A stretch of DNA of 63,812 nucleotides from positions 1 through 63,812 of the forward strand of contig UQUH01000004.1 in assembly GCA_900544245.1 (NCBI GenBank), given 5' to 3'. This document shows, one piece after another, positions 9,735 through 17,297 of this stretch. Origin of the DNA: an uncultured Coriobacteriaceae bacterium (lineage in GTDB: Bacteria; Actinomycetota; Coriobacteriia; Coriobacteriales; QAMH01). Numbering within the stretch: position 1 is the stretch's first letter; every line of letters begins with the position of its first letter. The translations under genes were made by a program, and so were the position numbers. The notes under the pieces were generated by a model. The model was not told where the DNA came from. It searched no databases and saw only the letters and a list, made by a program, of their open reading frames with translations.

Positions 9735-10817
9735 ATGAGGCACAAAGGAACAAAACAAGTTACGCACGACAATCATTATGTTCCTCAATTTTATTTAAAA
9801 CAATGGTCCAGAAATGGGAATACGGTTCGAACCTACAATGGCATCGTCTCAAATAAAGGCGTTCCTGTATGGAAATCCACGCCGATTAAATCAACTGCTT
9901 ATCAGCCTGATCTATATACTGTGCGTATTGATAGAAGCGACAACGACGAATACGAAAGCTACCTAGAACGCAAGATTGAAACGCCTGCTGCAGAAGTATT
10001 TCGCGCAATCGACCGACATACATTGCTCACTACTCAAGACGTGAATACGCTTGTTCAGTTCTTGGTAGCTCAAATGACTAGGACACCTTCATGGTATCAG
10101 CAAGTCGCTAAAACAACTGAAGAGATATTTGAAGACACAGCAAAAGAAACAATAAGGGAAATAGAGAAAGAGCTCAGTGAAAAGGGAATCGAGGCATTGC
10201 GCCAAGGAAGAAGAGCGGCTCCCCGCTCTGTTGGACTTACTGGCCTCGGAGATATGCCCTTAAAATGCTCGTTAGAGCAGGGGCAATCTGCAATTAGAGT
10301 CGAAACATATATTGGTCGTCAACCTTTTGTTGCCTCGTCAGTTCGAGCGTTGACAGGCCAGATATCGCAAGTACTCCACTCCTATAATTGGCGAATCATA
10401 TATCTTGATGATGAAGTGTCCCTGCCAACGAGCGATAACCCTGTAGTCATTTTTGGGAGGGACAGATTTGGCAACACAAGCGTGGGATTAGATATTGGGC
10501 TCGGAACAAAGTTCGCTGACATAGTGATGCCTCTCTCACCTCAAGCGTTGTTGTTTACTGAAGTGGGGAGAACGAAAGACGAAATCGATGCAATTAATTT
10601 TGATTCCAATTTGGTTTTATACCTTAGGGAGCTGATAATAAATAACGCATATCGATATGTGTATTCTCAAGAGGATATCCCTGAGATTGAGAACATAAGA
10701 CCACGACTAGTTGACGCACGCCGATATAAAGAGATTAGGGACGAACAAGAACGGTGGCATCGTGAACAGGGCGAATTAGAGGAGACTTTTCCATTCTCCT
10801 GTTCTTCGGCTCTATAA
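9735..10817 (+). CDS. DUF4238 domain protein
   Basis: 360-aa ORF whose N-terminus HDNHYVPQFYLKQWS matches the hallmark HYVPxFYL motif of DUF4238. It starts 9 nt after the methyltransferase stop and lies in the most AT-rich part of the window. Confidence 0.7.
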   Translation: MRHKGTKQVTHDNHYVPQFYLKQWSRNGNTVRTYNGIVSNKGVPVWKSTPIKSTAYQPDLYTVRIDRSDNDEYESYLERKIETPAAEVFRAIDRHTLLTTQDVNTLVQFLVAQMTRTPSWYQQVAKTTEEIFEDTAKETIREIEKELSEKGIEALRQGRRAAPRSVGLTGLGDMPLKCSLEQGQSAIRVETYIGRQPFVASSVRALTGQISQVLHSYNWRIIYLDDEVSLPTSDNPVVIFGRDRFGNTSVGLDIGLGTKFADIVMPLSPQALLFTEVGRTKDEIDAINFDSNLVLYLRELIINNAYRYVYSQEDIPEIENIRPRLVDARRYKEIRDEQERWHREQGELEETFPFSCSSAL

Positions 10818-10943
10818 AACTCCGAGTGTTTCTAACAGCATATAGCGTTCCATTAATAGCGTTCGTTCTCCTTGATATATCGTATAAATGCAATCTCTTG
10901 CACTGCAACAAGCATGTTTCGCAGTTTTCAAGAACTCTTCTTC

Positions 10944-11333
10944 CTACACAACCCCCGCAGCCCGAATTGCCGCGACAACCTCGATGTCCGATGGCAACCA
11001 TCCCACGTCATCCAGCTCGTCGTGGCCCAGCCAGCGCGCATCGCTGTGCTCGAGTAGCTTCATACTGCTGGCGAGCGTGCAGACAAAGCATTGCATCGTC
11101 ATCGCGAACTCGGGATAGTCGTAGTCGACCGTGATGAGCTTCGGTCCCACCTCGATGGTAGCGTCGAGCTCTTCACGGATCTCGCGTACGAGCGCCGCCT
11201 CGGGAGCCTCGCCCGGCTCGATCTTGCCGCCGGGAAACTCCCAGCTGCCCTTGTAGTTGCCGTAACCGCGCTGCGTCGCCAGAATCTTGCCGTCATGCAC
11301 GATGATTGCGGCTACCACCTCGATGTGTTTCAT
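10944..11333 (-). CDS. NUDIX hydrolase (MutT-like)
   Basis: 129-aa ORF with the Nudix box GSWEFPGGKIEPGEAPEAALVREIREEL. Confidence 0.88.
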   Translation of the reverse strand: MKHIEVVAAIIVHDGKILATQRGYGNYKGSWEFPGGKIEPGEAPEAALVREIREELDATIEVGPKLITVDYDYPEFAMTMQCFVCTLASSMKLLEHSDARWLGHDELDDVGWLPSDIEVVAAIRAAGVV

Positions 11334-11342
11334 GAAAAAGTC

Positions 11343-11660
11343 CTAACTAAAGCGAAGTATGGGGTCACTGCGCTGGTCTTCGATGGCAAGTACAATGACC
11401 GCTCTCTTGGCTTCATCAATCAAGTAATAGATGCCGTATATGTCTGCATACGCAACCCGGGCGTCATCGGGAAGATTTGCCGCCTCGTACTGTGGATCAT
11501 AAACCCTTCCAACACCGGGGAATCCCTCTAGAATATCGAGCATCATATTGACCCGGGAAAAACGTGGAGAATGAGATGCCCGCCTGTAGTCTTCCTCGGC
11601 CTCTTGCGTCATGAGCACCTCATAGAAAACGAATTCTTCGGCATCACCTTTCGCGTTCAC
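11343..11660 (-). CDS. parE: Type II toxin, RelE/ParE family
   Basis: 105-aa ORF of ParE/RelE size with a typical C-terminus (IYGIYYLIDEAKRAVIVLAIEDQRSDP). Its GTG start overlaps the upstream antitoxin stop (GTGA at 11657-11660). Confidence 0.75.
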   Translation of the reverse strand: MNAKGDAEEFVFYEVLMTQEAEEDYRRASHSPRFSRVNMMLDILEGFPGVGRVYDPQYEAANLPDDARVAYADIYGIYYLIDEAKRAVIVLAIEDQRSDPILRFS

Positions 11661-11935
11661 TCGAGGCCCATTTCTTTGCGAATCTGCTTCAGCGGCTTTG
11701 TCCTGCCCGCCTTCACGTCTTCATAGGCCGCTTCGAGGCGCTTGTTCAGGGCTCGTTCGTAAGCGGAGACCTCCTTGCGAAGTTGCTCCTGTGTCTCGTA
11801 ATAGTGCGCGTCCATGACGACGAGATCGGCTTTGCCGTTGCGCGTAATGTAGACAGGTCCGGGATTGTTTTGGCAGAGCTCGTAAATCTCGCCGATGTTC
11901 CTTTGAAGATCCGATGCGGTTCTCACGATGGGCAT
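11657..11935 (-). CDS. phd: Type II antitoxin, Phd/YefM family
   Basis: A 92-aa product from the internal ATG (cat 11933-11935): MPIVRTASDLQRNIGEIYELCQNNPGPVYITRNGKADLVVMD, a typical Phd/YefM N-terminus. The longer ORF-track frame (to 12223) overlaps the radical SAM gene, so I rejected it. Confidence 0.8.
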   Translation of the reverse strand: MPIVRTASDLQRNIGEIYELCQNNPGPVYITRNGKADLVVMDAHYYETQEQLRKEVSAYERALNKRLEAAYEDVKAGRTKPLKQIRKEMGLE

Positions 11936-11968
11936 GACGCACCTCCTTATCTGATAGCTGCATTTTAC

Positions 11969-12000
11969 CATGGTGTTCAGAAAATATTCTGAACACCATG
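11969..12000. promoter_or_regulatory. Inverted repeat with 14-bp arms (CATGGTGTTCAGAA-ATAT-TTCTGAACACCATG region) upstream of phd/parE; candidate operator
   Basis: Read directly: catggtgttcagaa and ttctgaacaccatg are exact reverse complements around a 4-nt centre. It lies 34-65 nt upstream of the phd start codon. Confidence 0.5.
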
Positions 12001-12024
12001 ACCAATACTTTCGCCTCTTCGAAT

Positions 12025-12059
12025 CGAGATCTCCCGGCTTCGCTTCGCTCGAAATGACA
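12025..12059. repeat. Copy of the CGAGAT..CTC..GCTTCGCT..CTCGAAATGACA repeat (family C)
   Basis: cgagatctcccggcttcgcttcgctcgaaatgaca. Compare 23083-23122, 27661-27765 and 43054-43085. Confidence 0.6.
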
Positions 12060-12087
12060 AGAACAGAGCGCGCCGCCATCTGTCCCC

Positions 12088-12699
12088 TCAAGCCCGTGGG
12101 CGGATGCGATAGCTCACGCCGAGCTCGTCGCATAGCTCCTGGCAGGCGCGCTCCTGCTCGTGGGTTATGGTGCCTCCCACCGTGGTGAGCACCACCGTCG
12201 GGACGTGGATTGCCGCGCGGCATGCGAACTCGAGCATCGCGGGATGGGCCTGCTCACCAAACTTGCTGCGCGTGAGCGCGAGATACTCGTCCGCGTCGGG
12301 GCTGTTGAGGCTGACCGAGACGGCGTCGACGATTCCTTCGAGCTCGGGCGTGACATCGCGTCCGTTGATGAGCGAACCCTGGCCGTTGGTGTTGATCCGC
12401 ACCGGCAGCTCCGTGTTCTCCTTCACCCAACGGGCGACTTCCTTGAGTGCGTCAAATGCTTCCATAGGCTCGCCGTAACCGCAGAAGACGAGCTCGGAAT
12501 AGCGCGAAAGGTCAAGCTCGCGCAGCTGGTCGATGACTTCCCCGGCCATGGGCTCGCGTTCGAGCCAGAGCACATCGTGGCCGTTGACGGTATCGGATTC
12601 GTTGCGGATGCAAAACGTGCAGCTGCATGGGCAACGATTGGTGAGGTTGACGTAGAGCGTGTCGCCGATCTCGTACAGTATGTTCATCACCTTGGTCAT
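12088..12699 (-). CDS. Radical SAM protein (small, TatD-associated type)
   Basis: A 203-aa product from the ATG at 12697-12699 (MTKVMNILYEIGDTLYVNLTNRCPCSCTFCIRN), carrying the CxxxCxxC radical-SAM cluster motif. Confidence 0.8.
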   Translation of the reverse strand: MTKVMNILYEIGDTLYVNLTNRCPCSCTFCIRNESDTVNGHDVLWLEREPMAGEVIDQLRELDLSRYSELVFCGYGEPMEAFDALKEVARWVKENTELPVRINTNGQGSLINGRDVTPELEGIVDAVSVSLNSPDADEYLALTRSKFGEQAHPAMLEFACRAAIHVPTVVLTTVGGTITHEQERACQELCDELGVSYRIRPRA

Positions 12700-12828
12700 A
12701 TGTGAGCTCCAGTTCGGTTTCGTTGTCGCGATTCGAGAGAATAGCCCTTCGTGTTGCCCCCGAAAACCCAGAATTCCAACATGCAAAACAAGTGACAGCA
12801 CCATCGAGGAGCAAAAACGCAGTTGAAT

Positions 12829-13062
12829 GTCGAAAAATGACGTTTTCCTAGGAATCTGGGAAGCGTCCTGTCGAAAAACGACGTTTTCCTAGGATTCGAG
12901 AGCGAAAAAGCCTAGGAAAGCGTCGAAAACGTGCATGACATGCCACATGACCCTAGGAAAACGTCGAAAACGTGCACGATGTGTCACGTGACCCTAGGAA
13001 AACGTGAAAAAGCTGCATGGGGCATCGCGTGACCCTAGGAAAACGTCATTTTCCTGCAGTTG
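12829..13062. repeat. Intergenic array of six copies of a CCTAGGAAAACGTC core with ~41-bp period (two in one orientation, four in the other)
   Basis: Read directly:
- tcgaaaaatgacgttttcctagga (12830-12853)
- tcgaaaaacgacgttttcctagga (12871-12894)
- then, inverted, cctaggaaagcgtcgaaaacgtgca, ccctaggaaaacgtcgaaaacgtgca, ccctaggaaaacgtgaaaaagctgca and ccctaggaaaacgtcattttcctgca. Confidence 0.8.
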
Positions 13063-13123
13063 CACGCGAAAGGGCCGCGAGCATAGTGCCCACGGCCCTT
13101 CACCTGCGACGCTACCAGAACCT

Positions 13124-14707
13124 CTACAGGTCGATGTACCAGATGCGCTCGATGTCGAGCGTCGCCTCCAAATCGCGGCGCACATTGGCGGGAACGGCCT
13201 GGTTGAGGTTGATGAGCACCTCGACCAGGGGATGCTCGGAATCCTTGGCGATCTGCATGGACTCGACGTTGATGCCTGCATCGCCAAACACCGTGCCGAT
13301 CTTGCCAATCTGGCCGGGTTTGTCCTCGTACTCGAGCACGATGAAATCCTTCATCGGCACGAAGTCGACGGGCAGGCCCATGAAGTTGATGATACGCGGC
13401 ATGTCCGAGGTCATATCGCGCGTGACGCTGATGGAGTACACGTCGTCACCACACGACGCTTCGATCTCAATATAGCTCGGATAGCTCTCCGAAAGCGGGT
13501 CGGTAGCGGTCTCGACGACGATGCCACGCTGCTCGGCGATATAGCTTGCGTTGATGATGTTGACGGTGACTTCGCTGTTGAACGTCACGCCACCCGCAAG
13601 CGCCGCCATTCCCAGGATCGTCGGATCCGTGTCTGCTATCTTGCCACATGCCGTGACCTTCAGCTTCTCGATGCCGCCACCAACGACCTGCGACAGAATC
13701 TCGCCGCCGCGCTGGGCAACGGGGATGAAGTACTTAAGCTGCGCCATGACATCGGCCGGGATGCGTGCGGCGTTCACCGCCGTGGCAACCGTCTTGCCCT
13801 CGAGACCGGCGATGACGTACTCGGCAATCTGCGTGGCAGCACGGGTCTGGGCCTCCTTAGTGGATGCGCCCAAATGCGGGGTGATGACGGCGTTCTCGAA
13901 CTTGTGGATGGGTGAACCGGAAACGGGCTCGTTCTCCCACACGTCGATGCCAGCGCCGGCAAGATGGCCGTTCTCGAGCGCATCGGCAAGCGCATCGAGG
14001 TCAACCAGACCGCCGCGGGCGACGTTGAGGACGATGGCGCCCTCCGGCATCTCGGCTAGCTGCTTGGCACCGATCATGCCAGTGGTCTCGGGGGTCTTGG
14101 GCATGTGCAGGGTGATGAAGTCGGATTGCTTGCACACCTCGTCGATGTCATCGAGCAGCGTGATGCCGTAGTGGGCGGCGCGCTCGGGCGGGCAGTACGG
14201 GTCATAGCCGATGAGCTTCATGCCAAAGGCGGCGGCGCGCTCGGCAACAAGCAGACCGACGTGACCGGTACCGAAGATGCCGAGCGTCTTGTCCTGGAGC
14301 TCCTTGCCCGTGAACTTGGAGCGGTCCCATTTGCCTTCCTTCATGGACGCGCTCGCAGCAGCGGTGTTGCGTGCGGTGGCGAGCATGAGCGCCATGGTCT
14401 GCTCGGCAGCGGACACGACGTTGGAGAGCGGTGCGTTGCACACGATAATGCCGCGCTCGGTAGCGGCCTCACGATCGATGTTGTCGACGCCCACACCGGC
14501 ACGGCCGATGATCTTGAGCTTGGTTCCGGCTTCGATGACCTCGCGGGTGACCGTCGTGGCAGAACGCACGATGAGCGCGTCATACTCGGGAATCATCTCG
14601 ACGAGTTCCTCAGGTGTGGTATCGGGCTTGAACGTGACTTCGTAGCCGGCATCCTCGAGCACGGCGATGCCAGCCTTGTTGAACTTCTCCGGAATCAGTA
14701 TCTTCAT
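13124..14707 (-). CDS. serA: D-3-phosphoglycerate dehydrogenase (long form with ASB/ACT domains)
   Basis: A 527-aa product from the ATG at 14705-14707 (MKILIPEKFNKAGIAVLEDAGYEV...), with GRAGVGVDNID and GIFGTGHVG (NAD motif) and a C-terminal regulatory region. Confidence 0.9.
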   Translation of the reverse strand: MKILIPEKFNKAGIAVLEDAGYEVTFKPDTTPEELVEMIPEYDALIVRSATTVTREVIEAGTKLKIIGRAGVGVDNIDREAATERGIIVCNAPLSNVVSAAEQTMALMLATARNTAAASASMKEGKWDRSKFTGKELQDKTLGIFGTGHVGLLVAERAAAFGMKLIGYDPYCPPERAAHYGITLLDDIDEVCKQSDFITLHMPKTPETTGMIGAKQLAEMPEGAIVLNVARGGLVDLDALADALENGHLAGAGIDVWENEPVSGSPIHKFENAVITPHLGASTKEAQTRAATQIAEYVIAGLEGKTVATAVNAARIPADVMAQLKYFIPVAQRGGEILSQVVGGGIEKLKVTACGKIADTDPTILGMAALAGGVTFNSEVTVNIINASYIAEQRGIVVETATDPLSESYPSYIEIEASCGDDVYSISVTRDMTSDMPRIINFMGLPVDFVPMKDFIVLEYEDKPGQIGKIGTVFGDAGINVESMQIAKDSEHPLVEVLINLNQAVPANVRRDLEATLDIERIWYIDL

Positions 14708-14915
14708 GACTATCCTCATTCTCTTGTTGCCATAATGAGACGGCGTAGCAAATGCAATCATTGTAGTCACCCTCCATCTCGGGCGATAAGGGCTTCCCCC
14801 TTTTGTTTCGACAAGCGTCATGAAAACTGTATATTTATATCGATTTGGCGGTTTTATCTCATAAAGTACGATTGAACACTCTTGATTTTACCGCCATGTC
14901 GCATATTTTAATCAT

Positions 14916-15917
14916 ATGACAAAACAGGCACACATCATCCTTGCCTACGAAAGCTCGCTCGCCTATTGGCGCAACCCAGCAGCGAAACGTGGGCGAATCC
15001 TAGACGCCGTCGAGGCGCGTAACTTTATCGATCGCGCGTGCGGAAGCGCTCACGTGCAGACACTCGACAGCGCCCTTTCGTCGGGCGTGCTCGCGGGAAT
15101 GAACAAGCCGCTTGACCTGCTCACCGTCAACCGAAACGAAAGACGCTCCACCAAACGGGCGCGATTCCATTGCGTGCAAACCGCCCTGCCAGACGGAGCA
15201 CTTGTCCTGGTTGACGAAACGACCCTTCCCGACGGCACAAGTCTGCATATCGCACTCACTAGCCCCGAATTCTGCTTCTTGCAGATGGCACGCTCGCTTG
15301 CATGGTTCGATTTGATCGCCCTCGGCTTCGAGCTCTGCGGGGACTACGCGCTTGTCCCCGATGCTCCACGCGGATTTCTTCCCCGCAGCTCCATCAGCAC
15401 ACCGGAGGGCCTTGCCACCTTCGCGGAAAGTGCCCATAACTTCACGGGAGCCAAGGCGGCTCGCAAGGCGGCCCGACAAATCCTGCAAGGATCGCGTTCG
15501 CCCAGGGAAACGAAGGTCTGCATGCTCGCGCATCTTCCCCGACTGCAGGGAGGAATGGGGTGCAAGGCCCCTCTGCTCGGCCAAGAAATCGAGGCGCCCG
15601 ATCCCGCCGCGCGCATCCTTGGCACGCGCACCTTCAAACCCGACCTCTATTGGTCCGAATACCGCATGGCCGTCGAGTACAGCAACCGCGCATGGCCATC
15701 GGCACAGGAGCGCCTGAACTACGACAAGCTCGTGCGCAATGCATACCGCATGCTCGGGATCACCGCCATATCGCTCGGGAAGGACGACTTGTCCGACGAC
15801 GCGGGCCTGCGGAAGCGGTTCGAGCTCGTCAACCGCAAATGCAAGCGGCGTTTGCAGGCGCCGAACGATCGGCATTTGGCTCGCCAAATCGAATTGCTCG
15901 AGTGGATGAACGACTAG
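14916..15917 (+). CDS. Hypothetical protein; C-terminus resembles the DUF559 / Vsr-like endonuclease fold
   Basis: 333-aa ORF. The C-terminal stretch FKPDLYWSEYRMAVEYSNRAW...RNAYRMLGITAISL resembles the D..W...VE.D pattern of DUF559-type proteins. No confident functional call. Confidence 0.45.
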   Translation: MTKQAHIILAYESSLAYWRNPAAKRGRILDAVEARNFIDRACGSAHVQTLDSALSSGVLAGMNKPLDLLTVNRNERRSTKRARFHCVQTALPDGALVLVDETTLPDGTSLHIALTSPEFCFLQMARSLAWFDLIALGFELCGDYALVPDAPRGFLPRSSISTPEGLATFAESAHNFTGAKAARKAARQILQGSRSPRETKVCMLAHLPRLQGGMGCKAPLLGQEIEAPDPAARILGTRTFKPDLYWSEYRMAVEYSNRAWPSAQERLNYDKLVRNAYRMLGITAISLGKDDLSDDAGLRKRFELVNRKCKRRLQAPNDRHLARQIELLEWMND

Positions 15918-16029
15918 CTCTCCAGGGCAATCAGCCATATCGTATTCGCTCTTTCGAGGCTCCCGTCTGGCTGTCTGTTCGCACATGCGCTACTATCGCT
16001 TGCAGTAACAACACGCGAAAGGATGCCCC

Positions 16030-16383
16030 ATGGCCTCAGCATACGATGTCATCGTCGATACCCCCAAGTACCACCTCCAGGGAAAGGCAAAGCTTGAGCT
16101 CTTGGGCGAGACGGCGCGTGCGCATCTCGACATCACCGATGTGGGCTCGCTTGACGGAGAGGGAACCCGCAACGGCAAGGAATTCGACATCTCTGGCGTC
16201 GCACACATTGACGGCAAGAACATCGAGTTCACCGCCCATGGCGCGACCTGGGCAAATAGCATCGATGTCAAGGCGCAGACGAGCATCGGCGAAGTCGTCA
16301 TCTACGGCACGATGACCGGCTACTCTGCAGGTGACGTCGTGGGCAACGACGCAGGCTTCGCGGGCCGCTGGGCCGACGTCTGA
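16030..16383 (+). CDS. Hypothetical small protein
   Basis: 117-aa ORF preceded by aaagga. No recognisable motif. Confidence 0.4.
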   Translation: MASAYDVIVDTPKYHLQGKAKLELLGETARAHLDITDVGSLDGEGTRNGKEFDISGVAHIDGKNIEFTAHGATWANSIDVKAQTSIGEVVIYGTMTGYSAGDVVGNDAGFAGRWADV

Positions 16384-16390
16384 TAGAGGG

Positions 16391-16570
16391 CATTTTTTCG
16401 GTAATGTGAGATTAGGGCAAGCTAGATGTAAAAATATTTCGATTGTGTGAGATGGAAAGACGTCACATGTAAAGAAATTGCGATTGTGTGGCGATCCGAA
16501 GACGACCGGTCTCGCATAATCGAAAAAACGTACACGAGAGATGAGTCGACTTCACATAATCGCAAAAAAC
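16391..16570. repeat. Array of five ~40-bp-spaced repeats, core TTTCG(A/G)T(T/A)(A/G)TGTGAGAT (three forward, two inverted)
   Basis: Read directly: ttttttcggtaatgtgagat, aatatttcgattgtgtgagatgg, agaaattgcgattgtgtggcgat, then inverted tctcgcataatcgaaaaaac and cttcacataatcgcaaaaaac. Confidence 0.75.
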
Positions 16571-16689
16571 ACTCTTATCGGATGAGATGCATCGGCCCTC
16601 TGGCCTGTGCATGGCGCAGGTTTTTACTTGCATAGCACACGGTCACGGTATATCCTCAACGACAATTCCACTCCAGAGAAAGGTCGATC

Positions 16690-17241
16690 ATGTCAACTGA
16701 TTTCATCGCCATTGGCGAACGCATCCGCGGCATTCGCGAGGCCTGCGACGTCACGGCCGAGGACATGGCCGCCGACCTTGACGTCGATCTGGAAACCTAC
16801 ATCCAATGGGAGGAGACGGGTGCCGACGTACCCATCTCGGCCATCTATCACATGGCAAATCGCTTTGGCATCGAGTTCACGGAGATCCTGACGGGTAAGT
16901 CCGGGCACCTCGACACCTTCCACCTCATCAAGGCAGGCGAAGGTCGCGAGGTCGACCGACTTCCGGGCTATCACTTCGAGGATCTGGCCTGGCGCTTCAC
17001 CCGAAAGGATTTCCAGCCCCTGCTCGTCACGCTCGACCCCCATGACGAGCCTGCCGAGCTTGTCGATCATCGGGGCCAGGAGTTCAACTACATCCTCGAG
17101 GGGTCTATCGTCTTTACCTTCGATGACCGCGAGATAGTCCTCGATGCCGGGGACTCCATCTTCTTCAACCCGGAACACAGGCACGGGCAACGTTGCAACG
17201 GCAACGTACCCGCCAAGTTCCTCACCATCATTTCAGAGTAA
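16690..17241 (+). CDS. XRE-family HTH transcriptional regulator with C-terminal cupin domain
   Basis: 183-aa ORF. The N-terminal HTH is IGERIRGIREACDVTAEDMAADLDVDLETYIQWEETG. The C-terminal cupin motifs are GQEFNYILEGS...GDSIFFNPEHRH. Confidence 0.85.
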   Translation: MSTDFIAIGERIRGIREACDVTAEDMAADLDVDLETYIQWEETGADVPISAIYHMANRFGIEFTEILTGKSGHLDTFHLIKAGEGREVDRLPGYHFEDLAWRFTRKDFQPLLVTLDPHDEPAELVDHRGQEFNYILEGSIVFTFDDREIVLDAGDSIFFNPEHRHGQRCNGNVPAKFLTIISE

Positions 17242-17271
17242 TGAGACAGTTGCTCAGAGCAATTGTCTCAT
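17241..17271. repeat. ATGAGACA...TGTCTCAT hairpin element (family B)
   Basis: atgagacagttgctcagagcaattgtctcat, a near-perfect 31-bp palindrome. It abuts the regulator's TAA stop. Confidence 0.85.
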
Positions 17272-17297
17272 CGAGAAGCTAAGGAAAGCATAGAACC

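Noticed and set aside
5574-10943. Mobile genetic element with integrase/transposase and flanking direct repeats around the R-M island
   Set aside because: No integrase, recombinase or transposase ORF, and no tRNA gene, is present. I could find no convincing direct repeats at the borders. Only the compositional shift supports foreign origin, so it is reported as an island rather than annotated as a mobile element.
11936-12223. The long 188-aa version of the antitoxin ORF
   Set aside because: The extra N-terminal 96 residues are Arg/Gly/Pro-rich, overlap the 3' end of the radical SAM gene and run across a family C repeat and the palindromic operator. The internal ATG at 11935 gives a canonical 92-aa Phd/YefM protein.
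12829-13062. Possible CRISPR array (regularly spaced repeats)
   Set aside because: The conserved unit is only about 14-26 nt and the 'spacers' are about 15-25 nt and partly similar to one another. The repeat orientation flips within the array, and no cas genes are present. This is not CRISPR architecture.
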